In this document: in pieces, positions 36,541 to 49,874 of the stretch
How positions within the stretch are numbered: the first letter of the stretch is position 1
How the letters are laid out: each line of letters opens with the position of its first letter
DNA from: Selaginella moellendorffii
Lineage: Eukaryota; Plantae; Lycopodiophyta
Reading direction: 5' to 3'
Length of the DNA: 64,000 bases
NCBI RefSeq assembly: GCF_000143415.4
Contig: NW_003314356.1
Location: 248,001-312,000 of the forward strand
Program-made: the position numbers and the translations under genes
Notes under the pieces: model-generated
What the model was told of the DNA's origin: nothing
What the model saw: only the letters and a program-made list of their open reading frames with translations
Database searches by the model: none

Positions 36541-38256
36541 TGTGAGACACAAAATCCCTAGGCCCCAAGATGTAGCCAGAAGGGCGCCACAGCGTGTTGG
36601 CCGAAGCGAGAGCCAAACGAGCGTAACACGTTTGGACCAAAAGCTCCGACTTGAAAAGTCAAGAGCGGGAGTGGAACTCCCAACGAAGTGCTCGAGGAAC
36701 GAGCACGAAGCGAGCAAAAGGCGAGGCTCCAAAAAGGGACCCAAAAGGACCAACACATGACACGTGGGAGTGTCCGAGATGGACTCGAGTTGGAGTCCGA
36801 AGTGGAGTCCGAGATGGACCCGAGTTGGAGTCCGAAGTGGAGTCCGAGATGGACCCGAGTTGGAGTCCGAAGTGGAGTCCGAGATGGACCCGAGTTGGAG
36901 TCCGAAGTGGAGTCCGAGATGGACCCGAGATGGAGTCCGAGATGGAGTCCGAAGTGGAGTCCGAGGTGGACCCAAGATGGACCCGAGTTGGAGTCCGAAG
37001 TGGAGTCCGAGATGGACCCGAGATGGAGTCCGAGATGGAGTCCGAGATGGACCCGAGATGGACCCAAGATGGAGTCCGAGATGGAGTCCGAAGTCGAGAC
37101 CGAGACCGGGACCGAGACTGGGACCGAGACCGAGACCGAGACCGAGATCGGGACCGAGACCGAGACCGAGGCCGAGGCCGAGACGGAGCCCGAGCCCGAG
37201 TCCGAGTCCGAATCCGAGTCCGAGTCCGAGTCCGAGTCCGAGTCCGAGTCCGGAGCCTGAGAGGGTGAAAGCCCAAAGCGTTCGTCTCCCAGACCCTAGG
37301 GGGTTTGGTGAGCTCCAAAAGTATAGTAGGGGGGAGGACTGCAGTGGAGCCAGTTTGGCCAGGAAAGGCCAGTTTGGCCCAGGAAGGCCGGACCCAGTGT
37401 TGGGTGATGAGCTGCCCACTGGGAAGTCCAAGACTAGAGTGAACACAGACCGACAAGCGGGGTAGCTTGGTGAAGTGTTCAAGAGCCGGCTCTAGTTCCC
37501 CCGGGAGATCGACTGGCCGATGCTCCCAGTCCAAGTGTGGGTGGCACTACCTACTTGGATACCTGGTGTGGCTCAACGGAACCCGCTCTAAGCCCATGGC
37601 TAGAGCACCCAAGGGCAGAAGGCGAGGAGAGTACCCAGGTGGCTCGCGTAAGGCCACGGTGTTCCGAAATGTTGTCCCAAAGGCCCAGACTGTGGAAAGG
37701 AAGAGGAGCAGTCCTCTGGGGTAGTGACCAAGGACACAGTCGTGTGGTGAGGAAGTCCCAGAGGACCGTGGGACTTAGTGGTCGGGCCTGTGGGTCTCGA
37801 TCCAGTGGCAGTGTTGGCAAACTCGGCCAGGGGCAGAAAGGGACTTAGTGGGGACTGACAGAGGGATATTAGGGAAGGCTATTCCCCTTGTCGGTGGGCA
37901 TCCTAAGGATGCTAAGGAGTGGATCTGAGATGACCACTCACGGATGGTTTTCCTAGTCTTGGAGAGCCAAGACGGTGATGCAAGTGGTATTGGACTACCA
38001 GTGTGGCAAAGGTGATTGGGCATGGCCTTAGCGTAACGGGCTGCTATGTCGGTGGTACCTTTGAGTGTCGGTCATGGGATCGGACACGTGGAGCACTTGG
38101 ACCAAGTGCAAATGTTGAGTGGCATGGATGCCATTCTCGGGGCTAGCAAGTCCCAAGTCCTGGATTGGACTTATGGAGGTTGTGAATGAGACTCCTCCAA
38201 GTGGTCAGAGGTGTGGTTAAGTGACTAAAGTAGAATGGAAAATTTAGTCGCTTACA
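36541..38256 (+). repeat. Family A LTR (1716 bp)
   Basis: TG...CA termini; PBS follows. Confidence 0.92.
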
Positions 38257-41200
38257 ACTTGGTATCGGAGCTGTTCCTTAGTCCGACTTTTATTGGTGCT
38301 CAAGTATATCACCACTAGTGTTGGCATCGGAAGGTCCGAGGAGTGGGCCTATCCTTGAGGAGTAGCAAGTCGGGAAGACATGGCTTTCCATTACAGTTCA
38401 TGTGTGAACTTGTAGACGAGGTGGTGGATAGAAAAGGGCCAATAATGGAACGACTTTGGGATCTTGGGAACAGTATATGGTTTTCCTCAAAGAGTTGAGG
38501 ATGTGATCTAAATGAGCGTTTGACTTAGCAAACTGGCTAATGTAGTTGTGGTAAACAACTACAGTTGGGATCACGGGAAAGATAAAGACTCCAAAGCAAT
38601 AAAGGAGTCACAAGATTTTCCTCATATAGTTGAGGTTGGTGCTCATGAATGTGAGACCAGAAGTAATGACCGTGGGAGGTCAAATACGGAAGAGGACTCA
38701 AGTCCTTGAAAAGGTAGCTGGGGCTACCTCTAATAAATGCTGGAACAACCCAAGGAGTTGGGGGTGTATTAAGTGGATGAGTTGGTGTTCTCATCACATG
38801 GACAAGTAGTCCTAAGGGGCAAAGGTTGCCCCCAGAGAACAAAATCAAGTGTCGGAGTAACACTTGTGAAAATAGTCCTTTTGAGTAGGACAGGAATGCA
38901 AGAAGTGTATTCCAGTGAGCTAGTGCCTCACAAGTAGGACCTTACGGGTCTGTGGATTAACCAAGTCCAAAACTGCTGGATGACTCAAGTAGAGTCAACG
39001 GATGGTCCTAAAAGGACTGATGGAAGCATTTGGACTGAGGTGTGTTGTACCCCACAAAGGATGGGGGGGGATCATAGGATCCAAGGGTGAGAACAGAGGG
39101 TATCTCATCGATGGCAAAATGTGCCATGCTAAAGTTATGGGAAAGGTGTTCCCAGAAGAAAACAACTTTGACACAAAGTTGTGTGTGACCTCTATGGTGC
39201 AGTGCTAACGGATGGTTGGCATGAGAAAGAGCGGTGTTGGTCTTGGCAAAGACTTAGACACGAAGGGGAAATGTCATAGAGGTAGGCTCGTGGAGCCGAT
39301 GGTGTGGAGACACCAAATGTGCCAAGGTGTGATACCTTGAGGCTATGTTGGTGGGTTCATGAGAACCCCTTGCCAAAGGAATCCCAATGGAAATGGGAAT
39401 AGCATAGCCTAAGCTGCAGAGCATGCAGTTGGAGTGTGGTGACCCAGATAATGATGGAGGTGTGAAAGCACCAAGCAATGAGTTGTAGGACTTGACAACT
39501 ATGAGGCAACTAAGCAAGAGATGCAAAATAACTGGTTAAACGGGTAAAAGGTAGCTACCCAAGACTTCTTAATAGCATAGGGAAGTTGGATATACCCTTA
39601 CGGGGGATAAGTTGCTTGTGTTGCGATATAGTAAGTCAATGTCATAAAAGGAAATACTCATTGTCAAGAAAGCCATCATTGGGACACCCAAACACTCTAG
39701 AACACCAGAAGGTGGTGTTTGATGTCGCGAGGGCAATGGATAAAGCCCAAGGGACTAAGTCCCTAGCGAATGATGGATAGAAGGTGCTATCCAAATGTCC
39801 AAGGTTGCGGAGACAGGAGAGGACTGTCTACCCGAGTTGGACAAAGCCAAAAATGGAATTTTGGCAAGGCTAGTGATGGGCATGTAAAGGCCCATAAGCA
39901 ACAACGTAATCCCGGTGTGTGGGATTATAGGGTGAGCATACCTGGATTGAGGAACCACTCCCTAGGCTATTGGGTAGGTTCATCCCTAAGAATACTTGCT
40001 AAAGCATGATAGAAAGTGCAAAGCTATCCTCCTGGTCTGGAGGAGAATGACCAAAGGAAAGGTGTGAAGCCAAAAAGCAAGAAGTAAGGGGATAGAACCG
40101 AACCGTAGGAATCAAAGGGCATAACCAAGGTTGGTTATGCCAGCTGGGAGTGGAGAATCAAGTGGGGGCTTGAGGGTGTTGCCGCTAGCAACCGTGATGC
40201 CATGGAGAGTCTAAAATATGGAATTGTCCATGTTAGACTATGTGGCATTTGGAAGGCTTGCAAAAAGGGAGGCCTTAGCAAGCTGAGGGACAGAGTTCCT
40301 TCAAGGTTCCCAAAGACGATTCTAGGTAGCTTAGTACCTAGAAAGGCCAAGTGTAAATGGTTCATGGAATGCGCGAAATCAGAGTGGCGCAGCAGAAGCG
40401 TGGTCTTGAAGCTTGCCATGAGGCAAGGCTATCAAGGTTAGGGAAGTAGTTCTTGAGTGTTCAAAGAGAGGGCTTTGAACGAAAGTCGATGGTCAAAGAC
40501 TTTCACGTTTATGCAGGAACCATGTTACAGTGGTCGGAGGACTTGCCAAGCGAGATTGGCACGTCGGGGGAACAAATACCCTAGTTGAAGGTGATAACTT
40601 CAAAAAGGGTGGGCCATGGGGCCGAGCATGGAGGAGTCCATGCATGATCACAGACATGTCAAGTGAGAGGACTTGGCAGTGTGGAGGAACTAGGTTCCTA
40701 AGCTGTGATCTGTAGCGCGCTTTAAAAATAAGTTGGTGCACCGGCGTGGGGAGTCACGCCAGGCATCTTGTGTGATGCCGTCCGTAGATGCATATACGGA
40801 GGTTGGGTTCGAGTCCCGACCCTCTAGTGCTTGGGTTCGAGTCCCAAATCACTAGGGCGTGGTGATGGTTTGGAATATGAGGACACTCATATTTCGGTGG
40901 TCATGGACTCTCAGTGGGGAGACTGGTTTGGGCACACCGCCAAGCGAGGGATGCCTCGGAGTCGTGATGCACGGTTAGATTGCTTAGTGTGAAAGCTCGG
41001 CATATCTAACTTGAACGCTTTGGTGCGAGTGGCACCAAGGACGTGGTGAGTGAGATGGGGACACCTAATCTCAGTTGCTATGGACCCTTGGCCGGAAGGG
41101 CTGGCTTGGGCGCACCGCCAAGTGTGGGGGATGCCCCCGGGGTCGTAGTTAACAAATTAAAGGTCTGGAAGACCTAGTACCTATTGGCAAACCTGTTAAG

Positions 41201-42410
41201 GTGCCGAGGTGAGATCATTAGGTGATCTTGTGGCTAAATAAGGACAAGGTCCTTGTTTGGGTTAAGGAATAAGGTTCCTAGTTCAAAGTGTTGATTTGAA
41301 TTATTGATGATGGTGTGGCTTGGTCAAGGTGACCAAGTGGGAAAAGCACCCTAGGGAAATGAGCTATGTCATTGCGATGGCATAGTGTGTCCAAGGAAAG
41401 TAGTCTCTAAAGAGACCCATGGGAGGGTCACAAAGTTGGGCCGTGGATAGAGCCCACAGCAGAAGATGCTAAAGAGACTTACTAGGGGCGAACACCCTAG
41501 TCTTGGCAAAGCAGAGCCTTTGCTAAGGAATCACAAGAATACCTCAAGGAGGGAAGTAGAGTTTCGATATTGCTTGGTGCAACAATCAACGGATAGGAGC
41601 AAAAGATGAGTGGCCAAGATAGGGCCGTGGAATCCCTTGGAAGGAATCCAAGTGACAAAGTTAGGCGAGGAACACTAATGTGTTGGACGCTAACAAATTC
41701 CGGAAAAGGAAGTGTGTTTCCAAGGATGAATTCCGAATTGCTCTGATTTGGCGAAAGTGGAAGCTCCAAGGGAGGGAGCGGTAAGGTAGCCAAATGATAG
41801 GGCTATGGACAGCCCTAGCACAAAGTATGATAAATGGAACTTAGTGCCCAAGGTGGCACGAAATAGAAGAGAGGATGATGGTGCCCTCAAGTAATGAGCT
41901 TCCTAGGATGGGGAAGTGGAGTTGCACAATCTGTGCAATGCAAGGTGTTGGAGACACCTAGGAAATTGACTTCCAAAAGTCAAAAGAGTAAAAGTTCCAA
42001 GGTGCAAACGTTCAATAGATGGAAATTGAGACTACTTGAGAAGGAGTAGTGGGATTGACTTAGAGAAGGGTCTCTAAGAGGTTTAGCGAGAACTAAACCA
42101 ATAAAAGGAGAGAACCACTACATGTGGTCCAATCAGTCTCTAAGTTGGAGAGACTACCCCCCTTAGAGGATAGGTAAGGCATGGTAAGCCTTTGGTGTCA
42201 AACCATTGAGGAATATGCAAAAGGCATGGTGAGCCTTCAATGGCAAACCATTGACGAATATGGAGAAGGCATGGTGAGCCTTCAATGTCAAACCATTGAC
42301 AAATATTGGCTAGGTGCCAAGGATGGAAATGGTAACACATGCGGGTGTTACTTTATAAAATGGTTTACCGTTCGATGAGGACATCGAACTTCGTCTATGG
42401 GTGGTGGAGT

Positions 42411-42817
42411 TGTGAGACACAAAATCCCTAGGCCCCAAAGTAGAGCCGGAAAGGGCGCCATGTGGTAGTGGCCGAAGCGAGAGCCAAACGAGCGTAACAC
42501 GTTTGGACCAAAAGCTCCGACTTGAAAAGTCAAGAGCGGGAGTGGAAATCCCAACGAAGTGCTCGAGGAACGAGCACGAAGCGAGCAAAAGGCGAGGCTC
42601 CAAAAAGGGACCCAAAAGGACCAACACATGACACGTGGGAGTGTCCGAGATGGACTCGAGTTGGAGTCCGAAGTGGAGTCCGAGATGGACCCGAGATGGA
42701 GTCCGAGATGGAGTCCGAGGTGGACCCGAGGTGGAGTCCGAGATGGAGTCCGAGATGAACCCGAGATGGACCCAAGATGGAGTCCGAGATGGAGTCCGAA
42801 GTCGAGACCGAGACTGG

Positions 42818-42849
<32 letters not shown>

Positions 42850-43939
42850 TCGGGACCGAGACCGAGGCCGAGGCCGAGGCCGAGACGGAGCCCGAGCCCG
42901 AGTCCGAGTCCGAATCCGAGTCCGAGTCCGAGTCCGAGTCCGAGTCCGAGTCCGGAGCCTGAGAGGGTGAAAGCCCAAAGCGTTCGTCTCCCAGACCCTG
43001 GGGGGTTTGGTGAGCTCCAAAAGTATAGTAGGGGGGAGGACTGCAGTGGAGCCAGTTTGGCCCAGGAAGGCCAGACCCAGTGTTGGGTGATGAGCTGCCC
43101 ACTGGGAAGTCCAAGACTAGAGTGAACACAGACCGACAAGCGGGGTAGCTTGGTGAAGTGTTCAAGAGCCGGCTCTAGTTCCCCCGGGAGATCGACTGGC
43201 CGATGCTCCCAGTCCAAGTGTGGGTGGCACTACCTACTTGGATACCTGGTGTGGCTCAACGGAACCCGCTCTAAGCCCATGGCTAGAGCACCCAAGGGCA
43301 GAAGGCGAGGAGAGTACCCAGGTGGCTCGCATAAGGCCACGGTGTTCTGAAATGTTGTCCCAAAGGCCCAGATTGTGGAAAGGAAGAGGAGCAGTCCTCT
43401 GGGGTAGTGACCAAGGACACAGTCGTGTGGTGAGGAAGTCCCAGAGGACCGTGGGACTTAGTGGTCGGGCCTGTGGGTCTCGATCCAGTGGCAGTGTTGG
43501 CAAACTCAGCCAGGGGCAGAAAGGGACTTAGTGGGGACTGACAGAGGGATGTTAGGGAAGGCTATTCCCCTTGTCGGTGGGCATCCTAAGGATGCTAAGG
43601 AGTGGATCTGAGATGACCACTCACGGATGGTTTTCCTAGTCTTGGAGAGCCAAGACGGTGATGCAAGTGGTATTGGACTACCAGTGTGGCAAAGGTGATT
43701 GGGCATGGCCTTAGCGTAACGGGCTGCTATGTCGGTGGTACCTTTGAGTGTCGGTCATGGGATCGGACACGTGGAGCACTTGGACCAAGTGCAAATGTTG
43801 AGTGGCATGGATGCCATTCTCGGGGCTAGCAAGTCCCAAGTCCTGGATTGGACTTATGGAGGTTGTGAATGAGACTCCTCCAAGTGGTCAGAGGTGTGGT
43901 TAAGTGACTAAAGTAGAATGGAAAATTTAGTCGCTTACA
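42411..43939 (+). repeat. Family A LTR (1529 bp), shared between adjacent units
   Basis: PPT before and PBS after. Confidence 0.92.
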
Positions 43940-46900
43940 ACTTGGTATCGGAGCTGTTCCTTAGTCCGACTTTTATTGGTGCTCAAGTATATCACCACTA
44001 GTGTTGGCATCGGAAGGTCCGAGGAGTGGGCCTATCCTTGAGGAGTAGCAAGTCGGGAAGACATGGCTTTCCATTACAGTTCATGTGTGAACTTGTAGAC
44101 GAGGTGGTGGATAGAAAAGGGCCAATAATGGAACGACTTTGGGATCTTGGGAACAGTATATGGTTTTCCTCAAAGAGTTGAGGATGTGATCTAAATGAGC
44201 GTTTGACTTAGCAAACTGGCTAATGTAGTTGTGGTAAACAACTACAGTTGGGATCACGGGAAAGATAAAGACTCCAAAGCAATAAAGGAGTCACAAGATT
44301 TTCCTCATATAGTTGAGGTTGGTGCTCATGAATGTGAGACCAGAAGTAATGACCGTGGGAGGTCAAATACGGAAGAGGACTCAAGTCCTTGAAAAGGTAG
44401 CCGGGGCTACCTCTAATAAATGCTGGAACAACCCAAGGAGTTGGGGGTGTATTAAGTGGATGAGTTGGTGTTCTCATCACATGGACAAGTAGTCCTAAGG
44501 GGCAAAGGTTGCCCCCAAAGAACAAAATCAAGTGTCGGAGTAACACTTGTGAAAATAGTCCTTTTGAGTAGGACAGGAATGCAAGAAGTGTATTCTAGTG
44601 AGCTAGTGCCTCACAAGTAGGACCTTACGGGTCTGTGGATTAACCAAGTCCAAAACTGCTGGATGACTCAAGTAGAGTCAACGGATGGTCCTAAAAGGAC
44701 TGATGGAAGCATTTGGACTGAGGTGTGTTGTACCCCACAAAGGATGGGGGGGGATCATAGGATCCAAGGGTGAGAACAGAGGGTATCTCATCGATGGCAA
44801 AATGTGCCATGCTAAAGTTATGGGAAAGGTGTTCCCAGAAGAAAACAACTTTGACACAAAGTTGTGTGTGACCTCTATGGTGCAGTGCTAACGGATGGTT
44901 GGCATGAGAAAGAGCGGTGTTGGTCTTGGCAAAGACTTAGACACAAAGGGGAAATGTCATAGAGGTAGGCTCGTGGAGCCGATGGTGTGGAGACACCAAA
45001 TGTGCCAAGGTGTGATACCTTGAGGCTATGTTGGTGGGTTCATGAGAACCCCTTGCCAAAGGAATCCCAATGGAAATGGGAATAGCATAGCCTAAGCTGC
45101 AGAGCATGCAGTTGGAGTGTGGTGACCCAGATAATGATGGAGGTGTGAAAGCACCAAGCAATGAGTTGTAGGACTTGACAACTATGAGGCAACTAAGCAA
45201 GAGATGCAAAATAACTGGTTAAACGGGTAAAAGGTAGCTACCCAAGACTTCTTAATAGCATAGGGAAGTTGGATATACCCTTACGGGGGATAAGTTGCTT
45301 GTGTTGCGATATAGTAAGTCAATGTCATAAAAGGAAATACTCATTGTCAAGGAAGCCATCATTGGGACACCCAAACACTCTAGAACACCAGAAGGTGGTG
45401 TTTGATGTCGCGAGGGCAATGGATAAAGCCCAAGGGACTAAGTCCCTAGCGAATGATGGATAGAAGGTGCTATCCAAATGTCCAAGGTTGCGGAGACAGG
45501 AGAGGACTGTCTACCCGAGTTGGACAAAGCCAAAAATGGAATTTTGGCAAGGCTAGTGATGGGCATGTAAAGGCCCATAAGCAACAACGTAATCCCGGTG
45601 TGTGGGATTATAGGGTGAGCATACCTGGATTGAGGAACCACTCCCTAGGCTATTGGGTAGGTTCATCCCTAAGAATACTTGCTAAAGCATGATAGAAAGT
45701 GCAAAGCTATCCTCCTGGTCTGGAGGAGAATGACCAAAGGAAAGGTGTGAAGCCAAAAAGCAAGAAGTAAGGGGATAGAACCGAACCGTAGGAATCAAAG
45801 GGCATAACCAAGGTTGGTTATGCCAGCTGGGAGTGGAGAATCAAGTGGGGGCTTGAGGGTGTTGCCGCTAGCAACCGTGATGCCATGGAGAGTCTAAAAT
45901 ATGGAATTGTCCATGTTAGACTATGTGGCATTTGGAAGGCTTGCAAAAAGGGAGGCCTTAGCAAGCTGAGGGACAGAGTTCCTTCAAGGTTCCCAAAGAC
46001 GATTCTAGGTAGCTTAGTACCTAGAAAGGCCAAGTGTAAATGGTTCATGGAATGCGCGAAATCAGAGTGGCGCAGCAGAAGCGTGGTCTTGAAGCTTGCC
46101 ATGAGGCAAGGCTATCAAGGTTAGGGAAGTAGTTCTTGAGTGTTCAAAGAGAGGGCTTTGAACGAAAGTCGATGGTCAAGGACTTTCACGTTTATGCAGG
46201 AACCATGTTACAGTGGTCGGAGGACTTGCCAAGCGAGATTGGCACGTCGGGGGAACAAATACCCTAGTTGAAGGTGATAACTTCAAAAAGGGTGGGCCAT
46301 GGGGCCGAGCATGGAGGAGTCCATGCATGATCACAGACATGTCAAGTGAGAGGACTTGGCAGTGTGGAGGAACTAGGTTCCTAAGCTGTGATCTGTAGCG
46401 CGCTTTAAAAATAAGTTGGTGCACCGGCGTGGGGAGTCACGCCAGGCATCTTGTGTGATGCCGTCCGTAGATGCATATACGGAGGTTGGGTTCGAGTCCC
46501 GACCCTCTAGTGCTTGGGTTCGAGTCCCAAATCACTAGGGCGTGGTGATGGTTTGGAATATGAGGACACTCATATTTCGGTGGTCATGGACTCTCAGTGG
46601 GGAGACTGGTTTGGGCACACCGCCAAGCGAGGGATGCCTCGGAGTCGTGATGCACGGTTAGATTGCTTAGTGTGAAAGCTCGGCATATCTAACTTGAACG
46701 CTTTGGTGCGAGTGGCACCAAGGACGTGGTGAGTGAGATGGGGACACCTAATCTCAGTTGCTATGGACCCTTGGCCGGAAGGGCTGGCTTGGGCGCACCG
46801 CCAAGTGTGGGGGATGCCCCCGGGGTCGTAGTTAACAAATTAAAGGTCTGGAAGACCTAGTACCTATTGGCAAACCTGTTAAAGTGCCGAGGTGAGATCA

Positions 46901-48093
46901 TTAGGTGATCTTGTGGCTAAATAAGGACAAGGTCCTTGTTTGGGTTAAGGAATAAGGTTCCTAGTTCAAAGTGTTGATTTGAATTATTGATGATGGTGTG
47001 GCTTGGTCAAGGTGACCAAGTGGGAAAAGCACCCTAGGGAAATGAGCTATGTCATTGCGATGGCATAGTGTGTCCAAGGAAAGTAGTCTCTAAAGAGACC
47101 CATGGGAGGGTCACAAAGTTGGGCCGTGGATAGAGCCCACAGCAGAAGATGCTAAAGAGACTTACTAGGGGCGAACACCCTAGTCTTGGCAAAGCAGAGC
47201 CTTTGCTAAGGAATCACAAGAATACCTCAAGGAGGGAGGTAGAGATTCGATGTTGCTTGGTGCAACAATCAACGGATAGGAGCAAAAGATGAGTGGCCAA
47301 GATAGGGCCGTGGAATCCCTTGGAAGGAATCCAAGTGACAAAGTTAGGCAAGGAACACTAATGTGTTGGACGCTAACAAATTCCGGAAAAGGAAGTGTGT
47401 TTCCAAGGATGAATTCCGAATTGCTCTGATTTGGCGAAAGTGGAAGCTCCAAGGGAGGGAGCGGTAAGGTAGCCAAATGATAGGGCCATGGACAGCCCTA
47501 GCACAAAGTATGATAAATGGAACTTAGTGCCCAAGGTGGCACGAAATAGAAGAGAGGATGATGGTGCCCTCAAGTAATGAGCTTCCTAGGATGGGGAAGT
47601 GGAGTTGCACAATCTGTGCAATGCAAGGTGTTGGAGACACCTAGGAAATTGACTTCCAAAAGTCAAAAGAGTAAAAGTTCCAAGGTGCAAACGTTCAATA
47701 GATGGAAATTGAGACTACTTGAGAAGGAGTAGTGGGATTGACTTAGAGAAGGGTCTCTAAGAGGTTTAGCGAGAACTAAACCAATAAAAGGAGAGAACCA
47801 CTACATGTGGTCCAATCAGTCTCTAAGTTGGAGAGACTACCCCCCTTAGAGGATAGGTAAGGCATGGTAAGCCTTTGGTGTCAAACCATTGAGGAATATG
47901 CAAAAGGCATGGTGAGCCTTCAATGGCAAACCATTGACGAATATGGAGAAGGCATGGTGAGCCTTCAATGTCAAACCATTGACAAATATTGGCTAGGTGC
48001 CAAGGATGGAAATGGTAACACATGCGGGTGTTACTTTATAAAATGGTTTACCGTTCGATGAGGACATCGAACTTCGTCTATGGGTGGTGGAGT

Positions 48094-48733
48094 TGTGAGA
48101 CACAAAATCCCTAGGCCCCAAAGTAGAGCCGGAAAGGGCGCCATGTGGTAGTGGCCGAAGCGAGAGCCAAACGAGCGTAACACGTTTGGACCAAAAGCTC
48201 CGACTTGAAAAGTCAAGAGCGGGAGTGGAACTCCCAACGAAGTGCTCGAGGAACGAGCACGAAGCGAGCAAAAGGCGAGGCTCCAAAAAGGGACCCAAAA
48301 GGACCAACACATGACACGTGGGAGTGTCCGAGATGGACTCGAGTTGGAGTCCGAAGTGGAGTCCGAGATGGACCCGAGTTGGAGTCCGAAGTGGAGTCCG
48401 AGATGGACCCGAGATGGAGTCCGAGATGGAGTCCGAAGTGGAGTCCGAGGTGGACCCAAGATGGACCCGAGTTGGAGTCCGAAGTGGAGTCCGAGATGGA
48501 CCCGAGATGGAGTCCGAGATGGAGTCCGAAGTGGAGTCCGAGGTGGACCCAAGATGGACCCGAGTTGGAGTCCGAAGTGGAGTCCGAGATGGACCCGAGA
48601 TGGAGTCCGAGATGGAGTCCGAGATGGAGTCCGAGGTGGACCCGAGGTGGAGTCCGAGATGGAGTCCGAGATGGACCCGAGATGGACCCAAGATGGAGTC
48701 CGAGATGGAGTCCGAAGTCGAGACCGAGACTGG

Positions 48734-48765
<32 letters not shown>

Positions 48766-49874
48766 TCGGGACCGAGACCGAGACCGAGGCCGAGGCCGAG
48801 ACGGAGCCCGAGCCCGAGTCCGAGTCCGAATCCGAGTCCGAGTCCGAGTCCGAGTCCGAGTCCGAGTCCGGAGCCTGAGAGGGTGAAAGCCCAAAGCGTT
48901 CGTCTCCCAGACCCTGGGGGGTTTGGTGAGCTCCAAAAGTATAGTAGGGGGGAGGACTGCAGTGGAGCCAGTTTGGCCAGGAAAGGCCAGTTTGGCCCAG
49001 GAAGGCCAGACCCAGTGTTGGGTGATGAGCTGCCCACTGGGAAGTCCAAGACTAGAGTGAACACAGACCGACAAGCGGGGTAGCTTGGTGAAGTGTTCAA
49101 GAGCCGGCTCTAGTTCCCCCGGGAGATCGACTGGCCGATGCTCCCAGTCCAAGTGTGGGTGGCACTACCTACTTGGATACCTGGTGTGGCTCAACGGAAC
49201 CCGCTCTAAGCCCATGGCTAGAGCACCCAAGGGCAGAAGGCGAGGAGAGTACCCAGGTGGCTCGCATAAGGCCACGGTGTTCTGAAATGTTGTCCCAAAG
49301 GCCCAGATTGTGGAAAGGAAGAGGAGCAGTCCTCTGGGGTAGTGACCAAGGACACAGTCGTGTGGTGAGGAAGTCCCAGAGGACCGTGGGACTTAGTGGT
49401 CGGGCCTGTGGGTCTCGATCCAGTGGCAGTGTTGGCAAACTCGGCCAGGGGCAGAAAGGGACTTAGTGGGGACTGACAGAGGGATATTAGGGAAGGCTAT
49501 TCCCCTTGTCGGTGGGCATCCTAAGGATGCTAAGGAGTGGATCTGAGATGACCACTCACGGATGGTTTTCCTAGTCTTGGAGAGCCAAGACGGTGATGCA
49601 AGTGGTATTGGACTACCAGTGTGGCAAAGGTGATTGGGCATGGCCTTAGCGTAACGGGCTGCTATGTCAGTGGTACCTTTGAGTGTCGGTCATGGGATCG
49701 GACACGTGGAGCACTTGGACCAAGTGCAAATGTTGAGTGGCATGGATGCCATTCTCGGGGCTAGCAAGTCCCAAGTCCTGGATTGGACTTATGGAGGTTG
49801 TGAATGAGACTCCTCCAAGTGGTCAGAGGTGTGGTTAAGTGACTAAAGTAGAATGGAAAATTTAGTCGCTTACA
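48094..49874 (+). repeat. Family A LTR (1781 bp), shared; followed by an internal region truncated at 50477
   Basis: PPT before and PBS after; homology ends at ...GTCGGAGTA|TCCTTCG. Confidence 0.92.
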
